This document shows, piece after piece, positions 49,873 to 59,610 of a stretch of 64,000 nt of DNA (the stretch's first letter is position 1; each line of letters opens with the position of its first letter). The translations under genes and the position numbers were made by a program. Under the pieces are notes generated by a model that was given only the letters and a program-made list of their open reading frames with translations, ran no database searches and was not told the origin of the DNA. Source of the stretch: an uncultured Clostridiaceae bacterium (lineage in GTDB: Bacteria; Bacillota; Clostridia; Peptostreptococcales; Natronincolaceae); NCBI GenBank assembly GCA_964390055.1, contig CAYMGQ010000001.1:8459-72458 (forward strand), written 5' to 3'.

Positions 49873-52275
49873 TTATGCATTATAAGCCTTAGTCTTTTCT
49901 TCCTTTTCCGACAAACTCTCTAGCCTACTAGTAATTAGATAATTTATGGTATCCCTAGGGTATGTCCCATCTTCCTTAATTTCACCAGCAGCCATGCCGG
50001 TTAAGATTTCCACACCCTCCTCCACATGGCTTACAGCATATATATGGAAGTGGCCTTTATCTACTGCTTCAACTATATCCTTTCTCAGAACCAGGTTTTT
50101 TATATTCTGTCTCGGTATTATAACACCCTGTTGGCCCGTTAATCCCTTTAATTTGCAAAGATCATAAAAACCCTCTATTTTCTCATTAACCCCACCAATG
50201 GGCTGTATCTCACCTTTTTGGTTTATGGAGCCGGTTACAGCAATCCCTTGGTCTATTGGAACTTGAGCAATACTTGACAGGATGGCATAGAGTTCAGTGC
50301 TGGAGGCACTATCCCCATCAATAATAGAATAGCTTTGTTCAAAACTTATACTTACTGATAAGGACAGGGGCTTTTCCTGGGCATACTTACACCCTAGGTA
50401 GCCTTCCAAAATTAAAACTCCCTTATCATGAATACTTCCGCTTTTCTTAACTTCCCGCTCAATATTTATTATTCCTGCCTTACCCCTGTAGGTTGATACT
50501 GTAATTCTATTTGGCCTACCAAAGGAATATTCTCCCGTTCCCATAACGGCTAGGCCATTTATTTGACCAACTTTTTTACCCTCTACATCTATTAATAGGT
50601 CTCCCCTATCAAACATCTCATTTAACTTTTCTTCATACTTATTGTTTCTGTAAATCTTCTGCTCAATTGCAGTTTCCACATGCCTTTCATTTACTATCTT
50701 TGCCCCTTCCCCTTGGGCCCAGGTATCGGCCTCGTATAATATCTCTACGATTTGGTTAAATCTTGCGCTTAACTTTTCCTGGTGGCTGGCTAACCTTGAA
50801 CTATATTCTATAACCCTTGCTATGGCACTTTTATCAAAGTCTAGCAGACCCACATCATCACAATGGGTAGCTATAAATCTGGCCATTTTATATAAATTTT
50901 CTTGATTTTTTTCCATTTCTACATCAAAATCTGCCATAACTTTGAAGAGCTTTTTAAAATCCTCATCTAATCTATAAAGCATATGGTAGCTAGCAGCATC
51001 CCCAATTATAATTACCTTTACATTAATTGGGATGGGCTCAGGTTTTAGGGTTGAGGTTATAACATGGCCCATTTGACTACTAAGGCTTTCTATCTTTATT
51101 TTACCCGTTTTTAGGGTTCTTTTTAAGGTTTCCCATGAATGGGCTTGCGTTAGTATGTCCTTGGCCTGTACTATCAGAAAACCTCCATTAGCCCTATGCA
51201 GGGAGCCAGGCTTTATTTCCATAAAATCTGTTTTCAAGGCCCCCATTACATTTCTATACTCAACGGTCCCCAATATATTGTTATAAGTCGGGTTAGTTTC
51301 ATTTATGATTGGTGCATATTTCAATTGGGAATTATTAATAAATAGATTCACCCTATAGCGGTCTAGGGGATTTTTAGGTCTCATGGGCATCATCAAAAAT
51401 TCCCTCATGTCTGGAGTTTTTTCTACTGCCTTAAAAAAATCAATATTTTCTATAATATCTTTTTCTAAATCCCTAATATAATTAAGCAGGTCCTCATTGT
51501 TCTTATAATCCTCTAGTAGTTTCTTTATATAGTAATTAATAATATCATGGGCCGTTTTTTCATCTAACTTTTTTATTGCAGTAGCCATTTCCCCCTCTAT
51601 GTCCCTAAGCTCATTGAAAAATTCTAAACTTTCAATGGACAGTTGCTTGGATGCCTCCCTTAAATCCTCTAGTTTATCATGGGAGAGGGCAGCATATTCC
51701 TCCTGGGTCATGGGCCGTTCATCCTTTAGGGGAATTGTTATGATACCCTCCTCAGACTCCTTAAAAAGAAATCCGAAGTCCTTGGCAATAGTATTTAATT
51801 TCTTGAGTAAGTCTTGACTCTTTTCTTGAAATTTTTTTACAATGTCATTCCGTCTTTTCTCATATTCTGCACCACTAAAGGCAGTAGGAATTTGATTTTT
51901 CAATTGGCCAATCATATTTTCAATTTTTCTTTTGAAGGCCAAACCGGTTCCGGCCTTCATACTCAGAGCCTTTGGTCCATCTGGATTTTTAAAATTAAAT
52001 ACATATAACCAATCCTTAGGAATAGGCATATCCTTGGCAAACTTTTCTGTAATTGAGTTGGCAAAACTATTCCTTCCTGTCCCACTAAGGCCTGTTATAA
52101 AAATATTAAAGCCTTTTTTTTGAATTTTTAGTCCAAATTCCAAAGCCTTCTCGGCCCTATCCTGGCCTATAATCCCCTCTAGGGGTTTCAATTCTTCGGT
52201 TGTATCAAAACTTAAATCCTCTATATGGCAAGTATCTCTCAGGGCTTCTGGCTTGAGCCTAAGTTTTTCTTTCAT
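49873..52275 (-). CDS. Lon-like protease (COG1067/LonB-LonC type) with a degenerate P-loop
   Basis: About 800 aa with an AAA-like N-terminal half (GLSGTGRNS) and a C-terminal Lon proteolytic domain (GDSASSTELYAILS...GGVNEKIEG). The start is probably the third codon of the track ORF (ATG 52275, GGGGGA 5 nt upstream). Confidence 0.85.
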   Translation of the reverse strand: MKEKLRLKPEALRDTCHIEDLSFDTTEELKPLEGIIGQDRAEKALEFGLKIQKKGFNIFITGLSGTGRNSFANSITEKFAKDMPIPKDWLYVFNFKNPDGPKALSMKAGTGLAFKRKIENMIGQLKNQIPTAFSGAEYEKRRNDIVKKFQEKSQDLLKKLNTIAKDFGFLFKESEEGIITIPLKDERPMTQEEYAALSHDKLEDLREASKQLSIESLEFFNELRDIEGEMATAIKKLDEKTAHDIINYYIKKLLEDYKNNEDLLNYIRDLEKDIIENIDFFKAVEKTPDMREFLMMPMRPKNPLDRYRVNLFINNSQLKYAPIINETNPTYNNILGTVEYRNVMGALKTDFMEIKPGSLHRANGGFLIVQAKDILTQAHSWETLKRTLKTGKIKIESLSSQMGHVITSTLKPEPIPINVKVIIIGDAASYHMLYRLDEDFKKLFKVMADFDVEMEKNQENLYKMARFIATHCDDVGLLDFDKSAIARVIEYSSRLASHQEKLSARFNQIVEILYEADTWAQGEGAKIVNERHVETAIEQKIYRNNKYEEKLNEMFDRGDLLIDVEGKKVGQINGLAVMGTGEYSFGRPNRITVSTYRGKAGIINIEREVKKSGSIHDKGVLILEGYLGCKYAQEKPLSLSVSISFEQSYSIIDGDSASSTELYAILSSIAQVPIDQGIAVTGSINQKGEIQPIGGVNEKIEGFYDLCKLKGLTGQQGVIIPRQNIKNLVLRKDIVEAVDKGHFHIYAVSHVEEGVEILTGMAAGEIKEDGTYPRDTINYLITSRLESLSEKEEKTKAYNA

Positions 52276-52496
52276 AATCATCCCCCTTAAAAAGATTTAA
52301 TATATATATACCTTTAATTAGATTTTAAAAACAAAGCCATCCTTAAATATTTAGATACTTATAGATATAATCCCTTTATTATCCTAACTATTAGTCCCTG
52401 CAATCCCCTAGTAAAGGAAGGCAGAACTTTTCATATTTCTCCAATTAGGGCATAATATTTATAGGAATTAATATAATTTGAATCGGGGATGTAAAT

Positions 52497-53105
52497 ATGA
52501 AAGAAAAGAAATTAGATGGATGCAGGAAAGACAGGCTTATTCTAGTTAATAAAGAATTTGCCCTAGCAGAATCTTATAGACCCAAAGACCTAACAATTCC
52601 TAAGGTTCCCTTTTCCTCTAAGGTCAGTGATGAAAGAAATAAATTACAAAAGATAGCAGCCCAGGCCCTAGAAAGACTCTTTGATGCTGCTGCAAAAGAA
52701 GGCTTACACCTTGTTGCTGTATCGGGGTTTAGGTCCTATAAGAGGCAAGAAATTATCTTTAATAATCATCTTAAAAAATTGGGACCAGTAGAAGCTAATA
52801 AAATAAGTGCCCAGGCTGGTCATAGTGAACACCAGACTGGTCTAGCTATAGATATTACATCTGCAAGCGTAGACTTTAAATTAACAGAGGAATTTGCCTA
52901 TAGGCCAGAAGGAAAATGGGTTGCCCAAAATGCCCATAAATATGGGTTTATTATAAGATATCCAAGAGGAAAGGAGGGATTAACTGGATATAGTTTTGAA
53001 CCATGGCATCTGAGATATGTGGGTAAAAAGGAGGCCAAAGAAATATTTGACCAAGGTATAATCCTAGAAGAATATCTTGAAAAGGGCCTATATAAAAATA
53101 TATAG
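52497..53105 (+). CDS. M15-family D-alanyl-D-alanine carboxypeptidase (VanY-like)
   Basis: 202 aa with SGFRSYKRQ, HSEHQTGLAIDI and EPWHLRYVG zinc-peptidase motifs. Confidence 0.85.
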   Translation: MKEKKLDGCRKDRLILVNKEFALAESYRPKDLTIPKVPFSSKVSDERNKLQKIAAQALERLFDAAAKEGLHLVAVSGFRSYKRQEIIFNNHLKKLGPVEANKISAQAGHSEHQTGLAIDITSASVDFKLTEEFAYRPEGKWVAQNAHKYGFIIRYPRGKEGLTGYSFEPWHLRYVGKKEAKEIFDQGIILEEYLEKGLYKNI

Positions 53106-53109
53106 GCCT

Positions 53110-54222
53110 TTATAGTTGAATCTTTCCATAGCCACCATATTTGTCAGCCATGGTATTATACAGGGGCTTTCCTAAAAAGAAATTATAGATTTCATCAGCC
53201 TTATCCTGGGGATCTATATCCTTGAATTCATTGGGAAATATGACCTTGCCAAGAAAATAAACATCCGCTAGGGCTGTTTCTATATTATTATAATAGGATA
53301 TGTAGGGTAGTTGCCCATATAGCTGGGAAGTCTCTACAGCGGTCAACATATTATAAAATTCGGGATTCTTCCTGTAGTCCTCCCGGACAATATCCAGACC
53401 ATTTTGATCAATAATTATTATATCAGGGTCCCACTTAATAATTTGCTCCTTATCAACCATAATAGACCCCTGCCCCTCTAATTCGTCCGCTACATTCCTT
53501 GCATGAATAAGGTCCAATAGGGGAGACCTGATGGTGGTGCTTTCTATCCCGTGGCTTCCCTTATAGCTTAGGCCCCCCACATAGACCCTAGCTTTGTCCT
53601 CCTCTGCTATATCTCTTGTTAACTCCCTTAATTGGGATTTGCTCTCCTCTATATAATTTACTATCTGTTGGGCTCTTTCTTCCTTGCCGGTAATTTTCCC
53701 GATAATCTCTAGAGCTTGAAAGGTATCTTGGTCAAAAACCCCGCTACTGGTGGAGGTGATAACTATTGGTATCCCTATGGTATCTTCTATATGCTCTATT
53801 TGGGCCCTGTCCATAATATCACCGGCAATGATAACCTGGGGCCTAACTTGCAGCAAAAGTTCCGGATCTGGGTTGGCTGGATGGCCCTCCCCTACAATAG
53901 GTAATTGACCTAGCTGTGGATTTGCCAAAATATATGGCCGCCCGCTTTCTACTGCTTGTTGTCCCCTTTCTACTCCAACTAATTTTTCTGTCCCATTAAT
54001 ATAGGTATATAACCTTAGGGCCGATCCTATGGCTACAATCCTATCTATGGGACCCTGGATTGTAATTTCCCTACCTACCATATCAATTATTTGCAAGACC
54101 TGGCCCTCTTCCTCATTTATGGAGTCATGGTCCATGCTGGCCCCATTATCCTGGTAACAGGCCACAAGTAAAGTCCATACTATTAACAGGCTAATTATTA
54201 TAAGAAAATATCTTTTTTTCAT
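53110..54222 (-). CDS. ABC transporter substrate-binding lipoprotein (FecB/BtuF-type, iron-complex/corrinoid class)
   Basis: 370 aa with a signal peptide and lipobox (LLVAC). It is the last gene of an operon with a FecCD permease and a FecE-type ATPase. Confidence 0.8.
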   Translation of the reverse strand: MKKRYFLIIISLLIVWTLLVACYQDNGASMDHDSINEEEGQVLQIIDMVGREITIQGPIDRIVAIGSALRLYTYINGTEKLVGVERGQQAVESGRPYILANPQLGQLPIVGEGHPANPDPELLLQVRPQVIIAGDIMDRAQIEHIEDTIGIPIVITSTSSGVFDQDTFQALEIIGKITGKEERAQQIVNYIEESKSQLRELTRDIAEEDKARVYVGGLSYKGSHGIESTTIRSPLLDLIHARNVADELEGQGSIMVDKEQIIKWDPDIIIIDQNGLDIVREDYRKNPEFYNMLTAVETSQLYGQLPYISYYNNIETALADVYFLGKVIFPNEFKDIDPQDKADEIYNFFLGKPLYNTMADKYGGYGKIQL

Positions 54223-54242
54223 ATTCTTCCCCCCTATGACAA

Positions 54243-54998
54243 TTAAACTTTAGGCACGATCAAGGGTATCCCCTCATAGTCGATAAGGTTGATATCCACA
54301 CCATATACCCTCTTAATTGTTTCCTCTGTAATAATCTCCCTACCACCAAAGGAGTCAATTTTCCCCTCTCTCAAGAAGAGAAACTTGTTGGCAAATCTAA
54401 AGGCCAGATTTAAATCATGCATACTAACTATAGCTAAAATTTTCTTTTCCTTGATAATTTTTCTAAGTATTCTAGTAAGGTCATATTGATTTTTCATATC
54501 TAAACTGCTGGTTGGTTCATCCATTAAAAGTATTTTAGGTTCCTGGACTAGGGCTCGTGCAATCATTACTTTTTGGAGTTCCCCACCACTTAATTCATCA
54601 ATATATCGCATAGCATAATCATCCAAGTTAAGTCTACTTATAACTTGTTGGGTAATTTTTATATCCCTCTGTCCCATATCCCATTTTATATGGGGTCTCC
54701 TTCCTAAAAGTATAGTATCAAATACAGTTTGCCTTCCTCCCCTGGAATCTTGACTTATAAAGGCCATAGTTCTGGCTATTTCTCTATTATGTAAATCCCT
54801 AGTATCAATTCCGTTAATAGATACTCTCCCTTTTTTGGGCTTTAAAATCCTATTAAAACATTTTAACATTGTGGATTTGCCAGCCCCATTCCTACCCAGT
54901 AGTGCTAGAGAATCACCCTGGGACAAATTAAATGTTATCTCTTCCAAGACCCTTATTTTGGGATAGTCAAAGGCCATACCCTCTACATAAAAATTCAT
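54243..54998 (-). CDS. ABC transporter ATP-binding protein (FecE/BtuD type)
   Basis: 251 aa with GRNGAGKST, LSGGELQK and LMDEPTSSLD. Confidence 0.9.
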   Translation of the reverse strand: MNFYVEGMAFDYPKIRVLEEITFNLSQGDSLALLGRNGAGKSTMLKCFNRILKPKKGRVSINGIDTRDLHNREIARTMAFISQDSRGGRQTVFDTILLGRRPHIKWDMGQRDIKITQQVISRLNLDDYAMRYIDELSGGELQKVMIARALVQEPKILLMDEPTSSLDMKNQYDLTRILRKIIKEKKILAIVSMHDLNLAFRFANKFLFLREGKIDSFGGREIITEETIKRVYGVDINLIDYEGIPLIVPKV

Positions 54999-56074
54999 CT
55001 TGTCTTTTCCTCCCTAATGAGTAAATAAAGGAATAGGGGTGCTCCCAGAAAAGAGGTAACTGCACCAACGGGTAGGGTTTTTGGTGACATCAACAATCTA
55101 GCAAGAGTATCGGAAGCCAACAGTATAGTAGATCCTACAAGTGCTGAAGCTGGCAGTAGGTATCTTTGGTCTGTGCCAACAAGCCTTTTTCCTATATGGG
55201 GTGAAATTAAACCAACAAAGGCTATTAGCCCCAAAAATGATACCATAACAGCAGTAATTAAAGAGCCTACAAACATTCCACCCAGCCGTACTTTTCCCAC
55301 ATTTACCCCCAAACTTTTGGCTATATCCTCACCACTTTCAATGGCATTATAGTCCCACCGGTGGTATAGAAAATATCCAAAGGCCAAAAAAGTTAATATG
55401 GCTAGGATTCCTATTTCCCTCCAACTTGCCCTGCCCAAATCTCCAAAAGTCCAAAAAACAACAGCTGCCAGCTGGAGGGTATCCTTGGCAAAATATTGGA
55501 TAAGCATGGTGGCTGCTGAAAAAAGAGAACTCATGGCAACGCCAGCCAAAACAATACTTTGGGTAGAAAATCTCCTTAGCCTTGATAGGGCAATTATTAT
55601 AAAAGTACATAGGCTTGAAAATATAAGTGCACTTATAGTAACAAGGTAGGGATTAGTAATCTGAACTACTCCTAATCCGGTATTAATAACACTCCCTGCC
55701 CCTAGCAATATAATTGCAACATTTGCCCCAAAGGCAGCCGCATTGGAAACCCCAAGAGTTGAGGGAGAAGCCAGAGGGTTATTTAAATTGTTTTGCATAA
55801 TACAGCCAGATAGGGAAAGTCCAGCCCCAGCTAATATGCCAGTAATTACCCTGGGCAAACGGAGATTTCTGACAATAGAAATTGATTGGTCATCAGCTAG
55901 GCCCAAAAGCCCATAAAATACTTGTTTTAAACTTAGTTTCATAGCCCCAGCATTTATTGAGACAAGGGCCATTAATAAGGTTGAAATAAATAGGGTGAAG
56001 ATAATTAACTTCTTTCTTTTTAAATATCTATAATAGTTATTCCTATAGTCACTAATTTTTTTAGTCTTGGTCAA
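54995..56074 (-). CDS. FecCD-family ABC transporter permease
   Basis: 359 aa polytopic protein with FecCD-type sequence (LRLPRVITGILAGAGLSLSG). It overlaps the ATPase gene by 4 nt. Confidence 0.9.
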   Translation of the reverse strand: MTKTKKISDYRNNYYRYLKRKKLIIFTLFISTLLMALVSINAGAMKLSLKQVFYGLLGLADDQSISIVRNLRLPRVITGILAGAGLSLSGCIMQNNLNNPLASPSTLGVSNAAAFGANVAIILLGAGSVINTGLGVVQITNPYLVTISALIFSSLCTFIIIALSRLRRFSTQSIVLAGVAMSSLFSAATMLIQYFAKDTLQLAAVVFWTFGDLGRASWREIGILAILTFLAFGYFLYHRWDYNAIESGEDIAKSLGVNVGKVRLGGMFVGSLITAVMVSFLGLIAFVGLISPHIGKRLVGTDQRYLLPASALVGSTILLASDTLARLLMSPKTLPVGAVTSFLGAPLFLYLLIREEKTR

Positions 56075-56095
56075 TTACACCATCTCCAATAAAGA

Positions 56096-56620
56096 TTAAA
56101 ATCCCCTAGTATAGTCTTCAAAACAATCTAGGCAAAGCTTTTTTCCCTGGCACAGGCGTATTTTATGTTCCGCCGCCCCTTCCCCACAACTTTCGCATAT
56201 GAGGGTATCAAATATTTTTGCCCTAGGGGGTAGTTTGTAGTTGGGCTGGCCAATGGTGAAAATCTCATCTGCTGCTGCCCCTAATATATAAGCCTGCCTA
56301 TCTTTTCTCTCCATTTTCCCTTTAATTTGTTTGCACACTATCCTGATTTTTTCCCCTGTATTCCTATTAAAAAAACTATAGGCTTGTTTTCCCCTATCCC
56401 TATAGATAAGATTTCCCTTACCCAAGCTACAACCCAAAAGAACCTGTATAGCATCTACTCCGCAGGCATCATTTTCCGTAACACAAACTATATCTTCATC
56501 CCGGGAAAAATCTAAGGACAATTTTTCCATAGCTAGTTCACAGGCTCTAAATCCGATGGCCAGGCCTGGACATTCATGGCCATGAAAGTCCACAGCTCTT
56601 GCCCATAATTTCTTATCCAT
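56096..56620 (-). CDS. FmdE-family protein with a C-terminal zinc ribbon
   Basis: 174 aa with FHGHECPGLAIGFRA (FmdE N-terminal motif) and CESCGE...CLDC at the C-terminus. Confidence 0.8.
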   Translation of the reverse strand: MDKKLWARAVDFHGHECPGLAIGFRACELAMEKLSLDFSRDEDIVCVTENDACGVDAIQVLLGCSLGKGNLIYRDRGKQAYSFFNRNTGEKIRIVCKQIKGKMERKDRQAYILGAAADEIFTIGQPNYKLPPRAKIFDTLICESCGEGAAEHKIRLCQGKKLCLDCFEDYTRGF

Positions 56621-56634
56621 TTAAATACCCCCCT

Positions 56635-56716
56635 AAAAATAAAGTCATGAAGGCCTAGGGGGCTATTTCCGATAACCTTCATGGTTAACCACTTAGCCCC
56701 AAAGTCTTCATGACTA
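56635..56716 (-). promoter_or_regulatory. Structured 5' leader with a terminator-like extended hairpin and an alternative pairing, abutting the fmdE RBS
   Basis: The minus-strand RNA nests three stems: AGUCAUGAAG/CUUCAUGACU (10 bp), GGGGCUA/UAGCCCC (7 bp) and UAACC/GGUUA (5 bp). These are followed by UUUAUUUUU and then the GGGGGG RBS. The internal copy CAUGAAGG can also pair with the 3' arm. Confidence 0.45.
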
Positions 56717-56805
56717 TCATGTAAATTTTTTTCTTATATTTTATAATGGTTAAATATATACTATTATAGTTTTTATACTAATGTCAAGATTTTCCCTATA
56801 AAATA

Positions 56806-59610
56806 CTAGAATAATCCTTTAATCTGGTAGGTTATTTCATCCTCTAAAATATTGAATTCTACAAATTTAGAACTTTTAGGACTGGCATTATTAAAGGTCC
56901 CCACTGAAATATACCTTACACCATCGACTAATTCTACCTTAGTTTGTGATTCTCCACCGTATAGGACAAAAACATTCTTGCCCCCCTGGCTAATTTTTGT
57001 TAGAGTTTTCTTAAACAAATCAATTTCCAATTCATCAGTAAAGCCTTGGTGCCCCCAAACAGGCCGGGGCAGGGTGATAAATATATTCTTCTTGCTTGTC
57101 TTATTTAATCCATTAAGTAGGAAATCCCATTGTGTATAGTCTGCCTGCCTTAATCCACCGCCTCTGTTATTCAACTGGACAATTAGGTTTTCACCAGACT
57201 CTTTGACCTTGTAATTATTTCCTCCTATGCTTTTATCTATCCTTATTTCATTGCTAATGGACTCCTCTACACTACTAGTGAAAACTGCTAGTGAATAGTT
57301 ATTATCTACTGATTTAGCAATCTCTTGACTTATTTCTGACTTGGCCTTCTCCTCCATATTGCCAAGGGTTATCCCACTATGAATAAATATTTGCCTTCCC
57401 CTTGTCTTGTAGGGTGAGTTTAGTGGATCTTCTAGCCTTTCAATATTCTTGGGCAGGTCTCCCTCTTCTTTTGGATTTGTAACATCTAAACCATCGAATA
57501 AGACCCTGCCTGAGAGACTATTATCCCCATTGGGTTCAACAAGATAAATCCGTTCTAGCTCTAGATTGGTCCCTGGACTCTGGGGCAAATCTGCCTCTAG
57601 GTATTTCCAACCTATCCAATCTATACCCTTTTTAAAATCAATTGTATGGCGATTTTCAGCCCCATCTCTTACATAGGCACGTATCCAAAGGGGAGACTTT
57701 TCCTCCGTATAGACCCAAACTCCTAGTTTTGATGCCCCCCTTGGAAGAATTATTTGACCCTTATCAAATTCTAGATAGGCTGCCTTAGTAGCCTGTCCCT
57801 GTGCAAAATTATACTCTAAACCTATTGAATTATTCCCCACCTTAGCCCTAGCATCTGAAATTATTTTTCCTGTAACTAGGTCCGCCGGATAGGCAGAAAA
57901 TTTTACATTGTATTTTTCAATAGATCCAAGGGGTGACTTTGCCTCCCCTATATGTACTGGCACAAAGGTGCTTTTACCATTAAGGCTAGCCGTTAAGATA
58001 GTTTTTCCTGCCCTATGGCCGGACATATAGACTCCCCCATCAAAGGTGCCCAAGTTGCCCTCGTCCTTCCATACTACATCCTCACCAGCAACTGGTGCAC
58101 TATAGCCCTCATTATCTAGGCCCATTAGTTGCAAACTGACGCTTTGTCCATAGCCTAGCTTTAAAAGTTCTGGCTCAACCTTGAGCATGGCCAAGTCTTC
58201 CATAACTTTAAGGTAAAGTTCTGCCTTTTTGCCTAAATAATCCACCTCAATAATTACCTCACCTGCCTGGGTGGGTGTAAATTTATTTCCAACAATATTT
58301 CCCTTCCCCTTTTTTATATGGTATTTAATCTTTGTATGATCAACTGATAGTGGATTATTGTTAAGGTCATAAGCCTTTATGCTTATCTCCCTACCTACCC
58401 CAACAAAGCTTTTGTCATGGCTTAGCTCTGCCTTAATCCCCTTTAATTGGGACTCACCAGCAAGATTTACCAGGGCTAGGCCATTTATGATTTTTCTTTC
58501 CCCACCATCTGAAGGATAATTTACTAGTTTGCTTTGCTTGTCACCTAGTCCCCTGATTACTGATGTTGTAGAACCTCCTCCATCCATGATAATAGCTTCA
58601 TGGCTACCCAGGTCAATCATCAATCTAGCCAGGGTTCTACCATCCACACCCCTAAAGGACTTATGCCTTCCATCAATGGTCACTAAAATTAATTGCTTTC
58701 TATCCCTGCTAATTCCAATAGCTGTTCTTGGATGATTTCCCGTAACTGATTGGGCAAAGCTGACTGCCTGTCCATCTTTAACCAATATATTTCCCCCGCC
58801 TATTGCCAATTTAATATCATCCAAATTGTAGCCATGGATATTGATATTTACCTTGATTTCATCCCCTACCTTAAAATTATCAAATAAAATTTTTGCATTA
58901 GCTTGGGAGGCCAGTAATGCATAACCATTTTCAGGGATTTTTGTGGGAGCTTGTTGTCTTCTGACCTCCCTTACAATATCATTCTCTACAATGACTTCAA
59001 CCATATCATAATGTTTTTCATTATAACCAGGTGTTTCCTTTCCCCAATTCCTATCAACCATCATAATGGATTGATATTCATGGGTATATTTATTAATACT
59101 TCTAATTGGAACTGCTTTTCCCTCCTGGGTAAAGACCACAATGTCATAATCCCAATAGTTAGCAGATGCACTATTATCCTTGTCTATGGAGAAAGTGGCA
59201 TAATCATGGATAAAAACTGGACTGCTAATAACCTCCCCATCCTTAATCATGGCCCCAATTGGCGAATCGGGATTTGTCATATAAAAATAATCCCCATTAA
59301 TTGCAGCCACAAGGTCTTCTCTTTGATTTGCCATTTGTGATAGACTTTCCTTTGTCTGAAGCCCTCCGGAGCTCTTCAACAGATCTAATTCTATATCTTG
59401 ATTATCTAAATCTACAAAGACTACATTGGCATTAAACCATCCATTTTTATGGAATTTTACAATATGCCTATGTACAACTCCTGAGGAAATTTCTTCCTCA
59501 TTAATCTTTTCATACAATACACCATCAATTGCAAAAGATTGCATTAGGGTGGACATTAGTAAGATTAATACAAAAACTGTTAAAGATAGTTGTTTTCTGT
59601 GTCTCTTCAT
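56806..59610 (-). CDS. Secreted multidomain phosphodiester glycosidase (NAGPA/DUF2233) protein with Ig-like repeats
   Basis: 934 aa with a signal peptide, the DUF2233-type core (HPRTAIGISRDRKQLILVTIDGR...IIMDGGGSTT), two Big_2-like repeats, and about 350 aa of uncharacterised C-terminal sequence. Confidence 0.75.
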   Translation of the reverse strand: MKRHRKQLSLTVFVLILLMSTLMQSFAIDGVLYEKINEEEISSGVVHRHIVKFHKNGWFNANVVFVDLDNQDIELDLLKSSGGLQTKESLSQMANQREDLVAAINGDYFYMTNPDSPIGAMIKDGEVISSPVFIHDYATFSIDKDNSASANYWDYDIVVFTQEGKAVPIRSINKYTHEYQSIMMVDRNWGKETPGYNEKHYDMVEVIVENDIVREVRRQQAPTKIPENGYALLASQANAKILFDNFKVGDEIKVNINIHGYNLDDIKLAIGGGNILVKDGQAVSFAQSVTGNHPRTAIGISRDRKQLILVTIDGRHKSFRGVDGRTLARLMIDLGSHEAIIMDGGGSTTSVIRGLGDKQSKLVNYPSDGGERKIINGLALVNLAGESQLKGIKAELSHDKSFVGVGREISIKAYDLNNNPLSVDHTKIKYHIKKGKGNIVGNKFTPTQAGEVIIEVDYLGKKAELYLKVMEDLAMLKVEPELLKLGYGQSVSLQLMGLDNEGYSAPVAGEDVVWKDEGNLGTFDGGVYMSGHRAGKTILTASLNGKSTFVPVHIGEAKSPLGSIEKYNVKFSAYPADLVTGKIISDARAKVGNNSIGLEYNFAQGQATKAAYLEFDKGQIILPRGASKLGVWVYTEEKSPLWIRAYVRDGAENRHTIDFKKGIDWIGWKYLEADLPQSPGTNLELERIYLVEPNGDNSLSGRVLFDGLDVTNPKEEGDLPKNIERLEDPLNSPYKTRGRQIFIHSGITLGNMEEKAKSEISQEIAKSVDNNYSLAVFTSSVEESISNEIRIDKSIGGNNYKVKESGENLIVQLNNRGGGLRQADYTQWDFLLNGLNKTSKKNIFITLPRPVWGHQGFTDELEIDLFKKTLTKISQGGKNVFVLYGGESQTKVELVDGVRYISVGTFNNASPKSSKFVEFNILEDEITYQIKGLF

